NCBI GenBank assembly: GCA_002269645.1
Contig: NIVC01000736.1
Coordinates: 186,001-250,000 of the forward strand
Source of the DNA: Macrostomum lignano
Lineage: Eukaryota
Direction: 5' to 3'
DNA: 64,000 bases
Shown here: piece after piece, positions 25,721-45,000 of the stretch
Numbering within the stretch: the first letter of the stretch is position 1
Layout: each line of letters starts with the position of its first letter
The notes under the pieces: model-generated
What the model saw: only the letters and a program-made list of their open reading frames with translations
What the model was told of the DNA's origin: nothing
The model's database searches: none
Made by a program: the position numbers and the translations under genes

Positions 25721-28700
25721 AACTTTTAGGCCAACTTATTTTTTCTAAATTTTTTATCCTATTTAGTGGGTCACTGGTCAGATCGTCATATTCCATTTCA
25801 TCATATCGAAAATTAATATGACAAAGTGACCAAATATTTAGTTATGCTGGATACTTCGTCATCAACCAATCAATCTATGCGTGATTTGAGTTAGTGTAAA
25901 CTATTTTTTGTTTAATAGGGCCTAACTACGGCAAGCAGAACCAATCAATCAACAGGTTTCATTAATTGAGATGACAAAATGACTGGGATCATTAGGATTC
26001 CAAGTAAATATATTTAATTGCCACAATAATTCACTTGAAGTTGGAACTAATATGATTAGTGGATGACAAAATGACTCTCTTTAGGTAGTGTATGTTAATT
26101 AAGATGACAAAGTGACCATAGTCAAGTTGAGCACCCCAGACACCCAAATGATGAAATGGCAGATGACAAAATGACTAGGAACCATTTAGTGCAAGGCAAT
26201 GACTATTCATCTAGTATTGGATAAATAATGTAACTATTATTTGTCCAGTACCAAATAAATAAAAGTGAAGTTCTTTGTCTAGTACCAGATAAATAACAGT
26301 GAAATTATTTGTCTGGCATAGTATAGACATGGATATATAATAAAAACTACATAAATAAATAATAAAAAGGCTAGAAATAGAAAATATTTGTTTTGATAAG
26401 ATAGTGCTGTTTCTCAAAAATGGAATAACCATTCCATGTTTCTTAGGTGGAATAATAGCAACTATAAACTAACTACTGTCTACATGTACATGTAAGCTCA
26501 AATTTATTTAATCAATCAACTAGGCCTATGTTAAGTAGGGCCTAGCAAGCTATAACGTCATTGCTTTGCTGCATTGGCACCTAACTAATTTTAATTAAAG
26601 AATTGCAGCAACACATGGTTTATAGATCACAGCAAAATCCTTCAAAAGCCAAGGGCAAAATACCAAAAGTTTTGTATGATTTTTACCTTTATAATATTTC
26701 ATTCTATACATATTGGTATGTTTTGGTTTTGCAGTAAACAATAGTCATAGTACAGTCAAAATTAATAATGACATTTGCTGCTGTAAAACACAAATGTCAA
26801 AGTAAGGACTTAAAGTTATTACAATAACATTTGGGGTTGTTACAATAAAAAAGTAGAGTCATTACTACAAATTTGAACTTAGTAGGCTTACTGACTGATC
26901 ATCAGGAAGATGCTCTAACATCATGCTAGTATACCTTACTAGAAAAGATGCGCAGAGTGGCATATGAATTCATGTAGCTCAGCTAGTATCAGACAAATAA
27001 CTTTACTATTATTTATCCAGTAGCGGACAAATGACTTCACTTTTGTATCTAGTACCAGACAAATTGTCACTGCCTTAATGTACATAATTATCAAAATATT
27101 AAATGTATATATTAAAAGCACAAAATCAGTTTTCTTTGCCAGCATATATGTCAAATTTCTTGAGTATATCCCAGAAATTTCTAGAGTATATGCCTTCTTT
27201 ATTATAGAGCTCACTTAATAGTATTTGCAATTAGTATTGAATTTGTTCAATAGATGCAAAAAATATTTGTGCAATCTGCTTTGAAATGCATAAGAAAAAT
27301 GGGCTATAAAGATATTTACTCAAATTAAAAAAGTTTTTGAGTTTATTATATGTATGGCTAAGGGGCATTCTTCTTGAATTGTTTGTTAAACTATTTGTTC
27401 AATGTTTTTCAGATTTTCTTCACTTGAAAAGCTGATTTTAGCATGTTTGGATATCTTCCAAGCTATAAAAACAACAACAATCTCTAATAATTCCTAACAA
27501 TTCATAATTATTTGAAGTTTCTAAGTTTTTTATTTCAGATTGGTATGAAAACTGCAAGTTAAACTTGTATTTATACTATCATAGCAAACAGGTTAGCTGA
27601 AATATCTATAATAAAATAACAGTTGGAATTGTCTGTGGGGAAAAGCATGGTAGATAAAGAGAGTTGGCTAACTGAAAAGTACAAGGCTGAATTGCTAAAC
27701 AAAAATTATAAATTTTTGAAGAATGGAAATCTGACATATTGTCCAACATGGCATTGATGCTTGTGAGTGTCTATGGCCTAAAAGGATGAGTTGGTTATGA
27801 AGTGACACATTTTGGCTCTAGAAAGCTCCTATCCAGATTGAATGTGTTTTAACCAATGAATGCGCTCCAACTAGCAAATGCTGAGGACACAACCTCAACC
27901 TCAACTAATGAAAAGCAGTTATGTACCATTCAATGCGATTAAGACTGAAAAGTACTATAAAAACCCATGTTAAACAAGCAAAAAGCTTGTCTCGCCTCAC
28001 CTTGCCTCCCTTTCATCCTCTCTTTTTCCTTCTTGCTATTCTAACATGCCTACTCTGATTACTTTTGATTGACACAGTTAGGGTCTTAACCTAAATACTA
28101 AAACTGATAAATAGACTCACTAAAACCAAAACAACAACCAACTCACGTTCCACAATAGACTGAACCCTCGGTTCACCCAAAAACTTAGAAATACCTTGGA
28201 ATTTGAACAAAACAAGCTTCTTATTTGGAATTGCATCTTAGACATTATATTTTGTAAGATAACATCTCAAGATTGTGACCATCAAATACAATGGTCTGTA
28301 AGTTACCATCAAGTGTTTGCTTCATCAGGAAAAGTCAGTTGAATCTGCTGCCTCAGTTATTTGGCTCTCACATTGATATTTGAAATAGACATAGAGCCAT
28401 AAAAGTGAGAGACTAGAAGAACAATAACATATTTTAAAATATTTCAGTTAGAGGCAAGGGAAGTCTGAGCACTCAGACTTATGTTCTTACACTAATTAGT
28501 TCTTGCTAAGACCATTAACCATTAAGTTTAGGCCTATCAACACAATCAAGCTGATTAAAAAATCAGTTTAGTGAATCATTCAAGAATGCCAGCCAGGGCT
28601 ATATTATATATATGTAATTAACATTGGATCAAAGAAGGCTTTTAAAAATAAATAAAAGCCAAAATGATATTAGTATTTAATCTGCAATTTAGAAGTTAAT

Positions 28701-30575
28701 ATATAAGCAAATTTACCCTTGATGCAAAACATTTTCTAGTTTCTTTAACTTTTTGTATTTTGCTAGCAAGGCTTGCTATGATTTGTACTATATCATACAT
28801 AGTGTAGAAATTTGTATATATTTTAATCATCTTTGAAAAACAAAAAACTCATAAATAATGGAAATTGATATATTCTATATATATATATAGTTCCAAAGTA
28901 ACCTGTTAGAGCCTAACCAAAATTAGATGTCACTAAAATAACTGACACAAAATTATCACCCCGAAATAACTATATAACTTGTTATTATCATGATGACTAT
29001 AAAAATAGTTAAATCATTCGTTTTATAATGAACATAAAACAATGTTATCAAAGTTGAATTAATTGATCTTATATGATTACATGAATAGTAAATCTATTTT
29101 TATGCCTGGTCACTATATATAAAAAGCAAGACTAACCTATTTTTAATTACTATTAAAAGATATTTTATTTAAATATATTGATTTGTTAAAATTAAGTTTA
29201 GTTATAAGCTAAAATTGATGATAAGACTACTGGAAGTTGGTTACTACTTAATTTAGATAGGCCTAGTATTTGTTTTATGTATTGACTATAAAATTAAAAC
29301 GATTTTTTCATTACCTTGAGCCTAAGGTCTAAACTTAGCTTAAGAAAACCTAACTTAGGATAAGAAGTTTAGCATTGGTATAAGATTTGATATATCTATC
29401 TTGCATTGTTTCTGTGATATTTTTAATCATTATTTAAGACTAAGCCCAAACCTTAATATTAAGACCATACTTTAACATTGCTTTTGCCTGCAAAATATCT
29501 TAGACAATTATATACATCTTGTACAGTTTGAACTTAGATCTTAGGCCATAATAGAAAGCATGAAAAATAAACTTTGAACAAAAAATATTGATTATTCTGA
29601 TCAGTGATGTACTAGTAGATTCTTATAGATTATGATATACCTATAAAAATATTATGCCAACTTTTATTTTATGGCCCAAATTTATGATAAAAATTTCTAA
29701 TGTAATCCTATCCTTTTGTATATGATTCTAGACAGATATGGATCTTAGACAATCATATGACATATGTATAATATGTCTAGACACTTAATTTGGCAGCAAG
29801 ATTTAATAGCATGTATAATATGTCTAGACACTTAATTTGGCAGCAAGATTTAATAGCATGCCACTTCATCACACAAGATTTTTTAGAATTTTTCTTGTTC
29901 AAGAACCATGAGTAACAAAAAAAAACATTTACTAATTTTTCTCTAGGCTATTGGTCTATAAATATGATCTGATATTTTTAATACAATATATTGAACAAAA
30001 GTCTTGCAAATAGGACACATAATTAGGACTTTAAAGGGATCATAATGACTGATCATCTAAATGTTTTTTAGACTAGCCTATATTATGCAAACTTGTCACT
30101 AATCACAGTTTAAGCTAAGCCTTAATGTTTGAAAAAAACATAAAATGTATTTAGTTTGTTAATATTTGCAAACATGCTTTTTGAGTGTCAAAATCAATCA
30201 AAGAACTTTTATATTGTCTTAATAGGCCAGCACTTAAATAATGAGTAAATGGATATTGAAAGCTACTAGTTAATAATGTTTTTACATGAGTCAGGGGATA
30301 TGTATGCCGGATGTTCTTTTTTCGGTCAGGCAATTTTCATAGCTTAGTGGAACTGCTGTTTGCTATCAAACCTGGTTGGCAATTTATAGCCAAAATTGTC
30401 TTCTAAATATCAAGGTCTGGCAGACTTAAACTACTATTATAAGCATCGGGTAATGATTGCCAAATATAAGCTGCAAAACTTGCTTGCAGGAGAGGTCTGC
30501 CATGCCATTGACAATATCTACCTGAGAGTCCAGACTCCCAACAGCCGCATCAGCTTATTCTCACCTGAGCAGTGA

Positions 30576-35964
<5,389 letters not shown>

Positions 35965-36012
35965 GGGGGTTCCCCCGTCTGTGCAGGGTGCTCAGGAGAC
36001 TGTCGCATTCTA

Positions 36013-36808
36013 GGGTGAGATTTTGAGGCTGTCAGCCTTCACTAGGTGAGATTTTGAGGCTGTCAGCCTTCACTAGGTGAGATTTTGAGGCTGTCAGCCT
36101 TCACTGGGTGAGATTTTGAGGCTGTCAGCCTTCACTGGGTGAGATTTTGAGGCTGTCAGCCTTCACTGGGTGAGATTTTGAGGCTGTCAGCCTTCACTGG
36201 GTGAGATTTTGTGGCTGTCAGCCTTCACTGGGTGAGATTTTGAGGCTGTCAGCCTTCACTGGGTGAGATTTTGAGGCTGTCAGCCTTCACTGGGTGAGAT
36301 TTTGAGGCTGTCAGCCTTCACTGGGTGAGATTTTGTGGCTGTCAGCCTTCACTAGGTGAGATTTTGAGGCTGTCAGCCTTCACTGGGTGAGATTTTGAGG
36401 CTGTCAGCCTTCACTGGGTGAGATTTTGTGGCTGTCAGCCTTCACTGGGTGAGATTTTGAGGCTGTCAGCCTTCACTGGGTGAGATTTTGAGGCTGTCAG
36501 CCTTCACTGGGTGAGATTTTGAGGCTGTCAGCCTTCACTGGGTGAGATTTTGAGGCTGTCAGCCTTCACTGGGTGAGATTTTGAGGCTGTCAGCCTTCAC
36601 TAGGTGAGATTTTGAGGCTGTCAGCCTTCACTGGGTGAGATTTTGTGGCTCTCAGCCTTCACTGGGTGAGATTTTGAGGCTGTCAGCCTTCACTAGGTGA
36701 GATTTTGAGGCTGTCAGCCTTCACTGGGTGAGATTTTGAGGCTGTCAGCCTTCACTGGGTGAGATTTTGTGGCTGTCAGCCTTCACTGGGTGAGATTTTG
36801 AGGCTGTC
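36013..36808 (+). repeat. 31-bp minisatellite (GTGAGATTTTGAGGCTGTCAGCCTTCACTRG)n just after the Scm stop
   Basis: Direct reading, period 31. Confidence 0.96.
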
Positions 36809-37587
36809 GCCTGTCATATCCCTAGCATCAGATTCAGAATTGTTTAAGTCACTTGAGGTCGCTGCAGCTGAGATATCGGCAAAACATTTTATAGAGTTAT
36901 TTTTGCAAGTGTGAACTTATGTATAATTAACTCTGTATTCAGACACAATGCCTACTCTGTGTATACTACTATAAGCAGCTTTTCAATGCATTGCATCCAG
37001 CTGGTCCCTTGCGGGCGCATCTGTTTGACATTTATTTTCAGAGTTAAATCTATATTTTGTAAATTATAGAGTAATATTTTTGCTAATCACGCGTCTACTG
37101 CACTGAATTTACTGTCAGTAGTGCGGCATGTTTATCGCAACCATTTTAGTCAGAAATCCGTACGCGCACCCGCTTTCTGTTTGTCTAATCGAGTGTTTTT
37201 CCCAGCCTGTAGATCTTCTTCCGAGTATTTTTGTTTAATTTTTTCTCTTCACGTTTTCTGTGGCACTTTTTATTCCGTTTGCGCTCTCCGCTACTTTGAG
37301 TAGGCGGTTGGAGCTACTTTTTTTCATTCAAATTTGCAATGCCTGTTATTTATTAACATTTGGCTTTTATCTATCGGATCTGTACTTTTCCTCCAAGGTT
37401 CATTTATTTATTGTGCACGCAATCTACCGAAAACAGACTGTAACTGCTGCCTGCATGCTTCATTCACTCCTCATCTGCTATTTGTTGTGTTTTTGTCTGC
37501 GTCTTCTTCTTTTCTAATCATTCAGCTGGGGGTTTTTACTTTCACTGCAAATTGGCTTTCAGAATACTTGCTTGCTTTAACTTGCAA

Positions 37588-37935
37588 CCCACCACACACC
37601 CTCCACACACCCCACACCCTCCACACACCCCACACCCTCCACCCACCACACACCCTCCACCCACCCCACACCCTCCACACACCCCACACCCTCCACCCAC
37701 CCCACACCCTCCACACCCTCCACACACCCCACACCCTCCATCCACCACACACCCTCCACACACCCCACACCCTCCACACACCCCACACCCTCCACCCACC
37801 ACACACCCTCCACCCACCCCACACCCTCCACACACCCCACACCCTCCACCCACCCCACACCCTCCACCCACCACACACCCTCCACACACCCCACACCCTC
37901 CACCCACCCCAACCACCCCACACAGCCCACACCAA
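37588..37935. repeat. C/A-rich repeat (CACACCCTCCAC..)n
   Basis: Direct reading. Confidence 0.92.
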
Positions 37936-38552
37936 AGCAGTTTTGTGAAACCCCAGTCGCGCAATATTTTCTTAATTCGATTGGTGAGAATTCTTCAAAT
38001 CTCTGTGATATTTTTACGCGAATAACATTAACAATCGCAATGCGTTCGCAAAATCCAACTACTTTTTCCATATGATACTATTGTCTAACTTAGCCAGTAG
38101 TATGAATAGCGTATGCGCTGTATTTTCAACTCGGTCTACAGTTTATATTGCAAATATAGAACTGTGCTTTGTGAATTGTGCTCGGCCTGCGCTCTTCTGT
38201 TTTTAAAACGCCTTCTCATGCTTAAGCCTGAGACGGTGTGCAAGTCTTCTGTAACGATACGAGCAGCTCTGCTTATTTTTAATTTATTTATTTGACGTTT
38301 ATTGTACCAAACCTGTGCCATTGCCGACCCTGCATTCGTGTGGCTGCTTTGCGAAGCAATTTTTTCCATCATCTTTTCTTCCCAATTTATTCAATGTTGC
38401 ATGTCTGTTGCGTCATTCTTGTTTGCCGGCAAGTTGGAGTTACCTCTGCTTTTTCAAGTATTGTGTAGGTGCCGTATTAATCTGATTTGAGTTACTTTTT
38501 TGTTTGTTTAGTCTTGGCCACAATGCGAAGGGACCGCAGTCTGTAGAGGCCC

Positions 38553-39868
38553 AAATCTGCACTCAAAACTGCCCCAAATCTGCACTCAAAACTGCCCCAA
38601 ATCTGCATTCAAAACTGCCCCAAATCTGCACTCAAAACTGCCCCAAATCTGCACTCAAAACTGCCCCAAATCTGCACTCAAAACTACCCCAAATCTGCAC
38701 TCAAAACTGCCCCAAATCTGCATTCAAAACTGCCCCAAATCTGCACTCAAAACTGCCCCAAATCTGCATTCAAAACTGCCCAAAATCTGCACTCAAAACT
38801 GCCCCAAATCTGCATTCAAAACTGCCCCAAATCTGCACTCAAAACTACCCCAAATCTGCACTCAAAACTACCCCAAATCTGCATTCAAAACTACCCCAAA
38901 TCTGCACTCAAAACTACCCCAAATCTGCACTCAAAACTGCCCCAAATCTGCACTCAAAACTGCCCCAAATCTGCACTCAAAACTGCCCCAAATCTGCACT
39001 CAAAACTGCCCCAAATCTGCACTCAAAACTGCCCCAAATCTGCACTCAAAACTACCCCAAATCTGCACTCAAAACTGCCCCAAATCTGCATTCAAAACTG
39101 CCCCAAATCTGCACTCAAAACTGCCCCAAATCTGCATTCAAAACTGCCCAAAATCTGCACTCAAAACTGCCCCAAATCTGCATTCAAAACTGCCCCAAAT
39201 CTGCACTCAAAACTACCCCAAATCTGCACTCAAAACTGCCCCAAATCTGCACTCAAAACTACCCCAAATCTGCTTTCAAAACTACCCCAAATCTGCACTC
39301 AAAACTGCCCCAAATCTGCATTCAAAACTGCCCCAAATCTGCACTCAAAACTACCCCAAAACTGCCCCAAATCTGCACTCAAAACTGCCCCAAATCTGCA
39401 CTCAAAACTGCCCCAAATCTGCACTCAAAACTACCCCAAATCTGCATTCAAAACTACCCCAAATCTGCTCTCAAAACTGCCCTTAAATCTGCTCTAAAAA
39501 CTGCCCCAAATCTGCATTCAAAACTGCCCCAAATCTGCACTCAAAACTACCCCAAAACTGCCCCAAATCTGCACTCAAAGCTGCCCCAAATCTGCACTCA
39601 AAACTGCCCCAAATCTGCACTCAAAACTGCCCCAAATCTGCACTCAAAACTGCCCCAAATCTGCACTCAAAACTACCCCAAATCTGCACTCAAAACTACC
39701 CCAAATCTGCACTCAAAACTGCCCCAAATCTGCACTCAAAACTGCCCCAAATCTGCACTCAAAACTGCCCCAAATCTGCACTTAAAACTACCCCAAATCT
39801 GCACTTAAAACTGCCCCAAATCTGCACTCAAAACTGCCCCAAATCTGCACTCAAAATTGCCCCAAATC
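38553..39868. repeat. 23-bp minisatellite (AAATCTGCACTCAAAACTGCCCC)n
   Basis: Direct reading. The 434-aa ORF is an artefact. Confidence 0.97.
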
Positions 39869-40374
39869 AACCGCATACTCGGCACTTTTCTTGCCGCTGA
39901 CAAATTCCATTCAGAATCGCAATGATTTGAGCAATTCAATTATTTTTTGCACTTTCTTTTTCCTCGTCTTTATTCACTGTAAAGCAGTTCAAAATCGATT
40001 TGTTTATTTTCATGCTATTTTCAGTTTGCAAATATTCTCTGCTCCGGTGTCCCGACGGTTTTCTGCAACGGCCTCTGCGGCTTCGCCCTCAAATTTCTAC
40101 ACCTGTATATCTTTGTTTTGTCTTTGTTTCACTCACAGTTGCACTTTTAAACAGCTGGCTCTATAATGCAAATATATATGATGTAATACAGAGTTGGCAG
40201 GCTCTGGGGTTGGCAACAACTGATGGGCTGCCAATTCCGATTTGCAAATAATTCATTGCCTATTTTTCGTTACCGTGTATTCTATATTTATTGTAAAACT
40301 GAGATTTATGGGCATTTTGCTTGCCTGAGGGCCTTTTTTGATTTCTGTTCTTTTATTTAAGTGCGGCATGAAAA

Positions 40375-40685
40375 GTGCTCAGATATCTGGATGGGATGCT
40401 CAGGTATCTGGGTGGAGTGCTCAGGTATCTGGGTGGAGTGCTAAAGTATCTGGGTGGGGTGCTCAGGTATCAGGGAGGAGTGCTAAGGTATCTGGGTGGA
40501 GTGCTCAGGTATCTGGGTGGAGTGCTCAGGTATCTGGGTAGGATGCTCAGGTATCTGGGTGGAGTGCTCAAGTATCAGGGTGGAGTGCTCAGGTATCTGG
40601 GTGGAGTGCTCAGGTATCTGGGTGGAGTGCTCAGGTATCTGGGTGGAGTGCTCAGGTATCTGGGTGGAGTGCTCAGGTATCTGAG
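40375..40685. repeat. 21-bp minisatellite (GAGTGCTCAGGTATCTGGGTG)n
   Basis: Direct reading. Confidence 0.94.
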
Positions 40686-41869
40686 TTACGAGTACGGAGA
40701 TATACTCGTAACTGTAAATTTCGATGGAGCGCTTAGGCATCTGGATGATGGAGTGCTCAGCTATCTATAAGTCAATCGAATTCTCGTGTGTCGAGCTCTG
40801 AGCGGTGCGCTGACGCCAGTTATGGAAATGGAGTGCTCAAGTATTTCAGGCTGTCCGTCTAAGCTCGCAAGTTGCTCAAAGTTAATTCAAAGTCGCTTGA
40901 GTCCCTACTGAAGAATAATTGAGTCGGAACTGCCTCCAATCAGCTGGGTGAGATCGCGGCTGCCCTCGGGAGTCGCAGTGAGCCGGCAGCGCTGTATGAG
41001 GTGTCCCCCGTGTTTTTTCACAGCACAGCCCAGAGAGCCACATTGCAATTAATCGCGGCCATCATCCTGCCTCCCCCTGTTCGACAGCGAACTGCGGCAG
41101 AGCCGTCAGCCGTGGCTGATGAGGCGCCTCTCCGGCCAGTCCAGATTGTTATCTGGGCGACAGCTCGGAAAGATATTTTACGGCTCGGCACATCCGCGCG
41201 GCTTGTGGATTAACCCGGGACTGCGGGGACACCGGGGCTCACGGACAGTCGATTTGTCACACTTGAGTCACTCCCGAGCATCCCTGTGCTGGTGCCGCCC
41301 TATCAGATTGTGATTGAGCTGACTGCAGGCTCAGAGAGAGTTGCTACCAGCCAAGTAATTTCGGCCTCTTGGTGGAATTGCCCATCTCATGTCTTGCCGA
41401 GCCTGGGGGCCGCCAACTCCACCGAATTTATGTTACTAAACGGATTTTTGAGGCCATAAATTGCAGAAGTTCATTTTTAATAAGCAAATCGAGTATTTTA
41501 TTACTGACTAAACATGCAGGCAATTTCTATTAAGCATACTGTTTGCAAAACATTTCTTCACAGATCGAAAAGTCTACTGTTAGTAGGTGACGTGCGCAGG
41601 CAAACTCCCAAGCGTACGAGTGCTTTATAGTGAACGAATATTTCGTTAAAGTGATGCACACAACTGATCCGATGTACAATAATCATAGAGTAAAAATACA
41701 TGTATGTGACACAACGAAGACTGTGCTTTATACATGTGAACAGCTAGGCATTAATGACCAAAATATCTCATGATTGGTCATTTCCGTTTCATAGAGAGAG
41801 GATGTAGGTTGGGTAACTGCTCTTTGCTGTAAGGATTGAGATATGAGAGGCTGGAGGAGACAGATAGAG

Positions 41870-41953
41870 AGACATACAGACGGACAGACAGACAGACACT
41901 AAGAAAAAGACGACAGACACTGAGACTAAGACAGCAGACACACAGACACTAAT

Positions 41954-41984
<31 letters not shown>

Positions 41985-41985
41985 C
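41870..41985. repeat. (CAGA)n microsatellite in the Tbx20 3' UTR region
   Basis: Direct reading. Confidence 0.85.
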
Positions 41986-42013
41986 ACGAGAAGCCGCAGC
42001 AGTTATTTGTACA

Positions 42014-45000
42014 TCAAAGGTTGCTCCGCTGCTCGGCGGCAGCGCCGCTCATGTGGTGCAGCAGCTGCTCGGCCTGGTGGTTCTGGTGGTGGTGGTGAAG
42101 CCCGGCAGCTCCGTGCTGCTGCTGCTGAAGGAAGGCGGCCGCTGCGGCGGCAGCGAGAGGCAGACGAGGCGGCTGCAGAAACAACGGCAGCAGGGGCGGA
42201 AGCTTGCCCCATCCGCCGGGCGGAGGCAGAGCCGGCAGGCCACCCAGCGGCGGAGGCGGCGGCGGCGGCTGCTGCTGCTGGTGCGACGGCGACTGAGACG
42301 GCGGCTGATGCTGCTGCGGCTTGGACACGGCGGCTGCGGCGGCTGCGGCAGCGGCGGCGGCCCAGAGCCTCGGCTGTGCGTGCAGCCTGTCGCCAGCTTT
42401 GCCGGGCGGCTTCTCGTCGCTACTGGGAGAGGCCGGTTGGTAGGCCAGGTGCTGGTGCTGGTGCTGGTGCTGCAGCTGGTGCTGGTGCTGGTGCTGCAGC
42501 TGGTGCTGGTGGAACACTGCGCTCACTGTGGAGTGAGCCAGCAGCTGCTCCATGCTCTCCCTGCAGGCGGTGCAGGCGGTGCTTATGAAAATACGAGGTA
42601 CACGCAATGGCGGAGGTGGCCCTGCTATTGCTAGCTGACATTGTTATTTCTGCATCGAATCTGAACCTCATCATGTTCAAACTCCGACATCGCTTGCCTT
42701 CCCTTATCAGCGATCCAGCGATAGATTCGATAATTTGCCTTTTCTTTACCGTCGTCTGTCTTTTCTTGTTTTTTTTAATGCTTTCGCAAAAGCAAACTTC
42801 TTATTCGTGTCGGAGCTGCGGGAGTGCAGCGGCTTCTGCAGCCCTCAGCCTCCCCCCCCGCCCGGCCCCATCAGCTGCGTATCGATGAACGCAACCCCCC
42901 CGCCTGATGTATAGAAAGTGGCTCGTCGGTTAGAAGGCCGCAGTGAAAGTTTATACAAGAAAAATCACTACAGGCATCAGGTGGGCGGGCGCCGCGCGGA
43001 AGACACGCAGAAAAGAGGTGCCACTTCATGCTGCGCCGGCCAGACCAGCAGCAGGAATTCCACTTGCGGGCGGCTCGTGAGAGGCAGGGAGAGGCGATCC
43101 CGGCATTTGCGTCTCCACGGCCCACGGCAGAGAGGGGTTCGCGATTTCGGGCTCCACTTGACTGCCTGGCGGCCCCCCTCCTCATCCCAAACAAAAGCTT
43201 TGATAATAACAATAATTCATGTCGGCCTTATTATCGATTAGCAATAATAGAATCCGATGCCGCGGATTTCCGAGTCTGATCCCAGGCGCCGCCCCAGCCC
43301 CTCCCTAAGCCTCTTGAGCTCTCAAGGATTTCGCGTAAATAAACAGAGCGCGAAGGGGATTTGTGGGGATTCGAGTGCCGGCAGCGGGCACCGGGAATGT
43401 GATGCTTACATTACTCGGCGGTAAGTGGGCCGGTCAGATCCCCAGTAATCCCTACACGACAAGTTACCGACTTTTTTACCCCAAATCTCAATGCGTTTTA
43501 TCCGGTATCGCATTTTTCTCCCTCATCTTCCCTCAGTTGCGACTGCGGTGCCTGAATTCCCCTGCATGCCCGATTTCCTGTCCGACTGCAATAATCCACC
43601 TGCATGGGTGGCTTTCCGATTCCCTGATTCGAATTGTCCGCATGGCCGGGCGGGGGGGGGGGTCAAGCTGAGTGGCTCACTGTTTCTGAAGGCCAAGCCT
43701 AACCCTTGGTTGTGGGATTCTGTTTCCATGACTGCATGGCTTTGATCCCAATTTGACTGGTAACACTGCTTTATTTTAGTTAGCGTTGCTTGCTCCCTCC
43801 TAGTCACTCTGTCAGTAACTCTGCCAGTCACTCTCTGTCCAGTCACTCTCTGTCAGTCACTCTCTCAGCCACTCTCTATCAGTCACTCTGTCAGTAACTC
43901 TGCCAGTCACTCTCTGTCCAGTCACTCTCTGTCAGTCACTCTCTCAGCCACTCTCTATCAGTCACTCTGTCAGTCACTCTCTGTCAGTCACTCTCTCAGC
44001 CACTCTCTATCAGTCACTCTGTCAGTAACTCTGCCAGTCACTCTCTGTCCAGTCACTCTCTGTCAGTCACTCTCTCAGCCACTCTCTATCAGTCACTCTA
44101 TCAGTCACTCTCTGTCAGTCACTCTCTGTCAGTCACTCTGTCAGTAACTCTGCCAGTCACTCTCTGTCCAGTCACTCTCTGTCAGTCACTCTCTCAGCCA
44201 CTCTCTATCAGTCACTCTGTCAGTCACTCTCTGTCAGTCACTCTGTCAGTAACTCTGCCAGTCACTCTCTGTCCAGTCACTCTCTGTCAGTCACTCTCTC
44301 AGCCACTCTCTATCAGTCACTCTCTGTCCAGTCACTCTCTGTCAGTCACTCTCTCAGCCACTCTCTATCAGTCACTCTGTCAGTCACTCTCTGTCAATCA
44401 CTCTATGCCAGTCACTCTCTCAGCCACTCTCTATCAGTCACTCTGTCAGTCACTCTCTGTCAATCACTCTATGCCAGTCACTCTCTCAGCCACTCTCTAT
44501 CAGTCACTCTGTCAGTCACTCTCTGTCAGTCACTCTCTGTCAGTCACTCTCTCAGCCACTCTCTATCAGTCACTCTGTCAGTCACTCTGTCGGTCACTCT
44601 CAAAGCTCCCCCCAATTTTCTCACCTTTCATAGTCGGTCAGCCTGGACGAGTCCCGGAAGCCCTTGGCGAACGGATTCCTGTCAATCTTGAGCTTGGTGA
44701 TCTGCAAGTCGGGCACAGCGGGTGGCGGCTGATATGGGGGAATGGAAATCCAAGGCCCCGCCCGTAATCCCTCAGTCAGTCCCGTGCTCGGGGAGATTAG
44801 CCCCCCCCCCCGTCAAAGTGAGGACTTGGGAAGGCGATTTACTGAGGCGTCGGCCCTTTTTCGCCCTCGGAATTGAATTAATCCTCACTTGATTAGCCCA
44901 ATTAGGGAGCCGCCCTGCCTGCCCCCGCCCAGCCCCGCAAGCCTTTCTCCAGTTTCTGCAACAAGTTGCCGCGCTTCTCCGAAAGCGTGGGCGCGGACCG

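Noticed and set aside
27640-27760. Short ORF MVDKESWLTEKYK...CPTWH as a possible transposase relic or Scm exon
   Set aside because: Terminates quickly, with no recognisable motif or usable splice pair.
40684-40713. 11-bp hairpin as a Helitron 3' end
   Set aside because: No CTRR terminus at the expected distance.
37334-40770. His/Pro, 434-aa CTQNCPK and LRYLGGV ORFs
   Set aside because: Tandem-repeat translations without domain evidence.
42003-42680. + strand and alternative-frame ORFs over the last Tbx20 exon
   Set aside because: Shadows of the GC-rich, Gln/His/Ala-rich coding exon.
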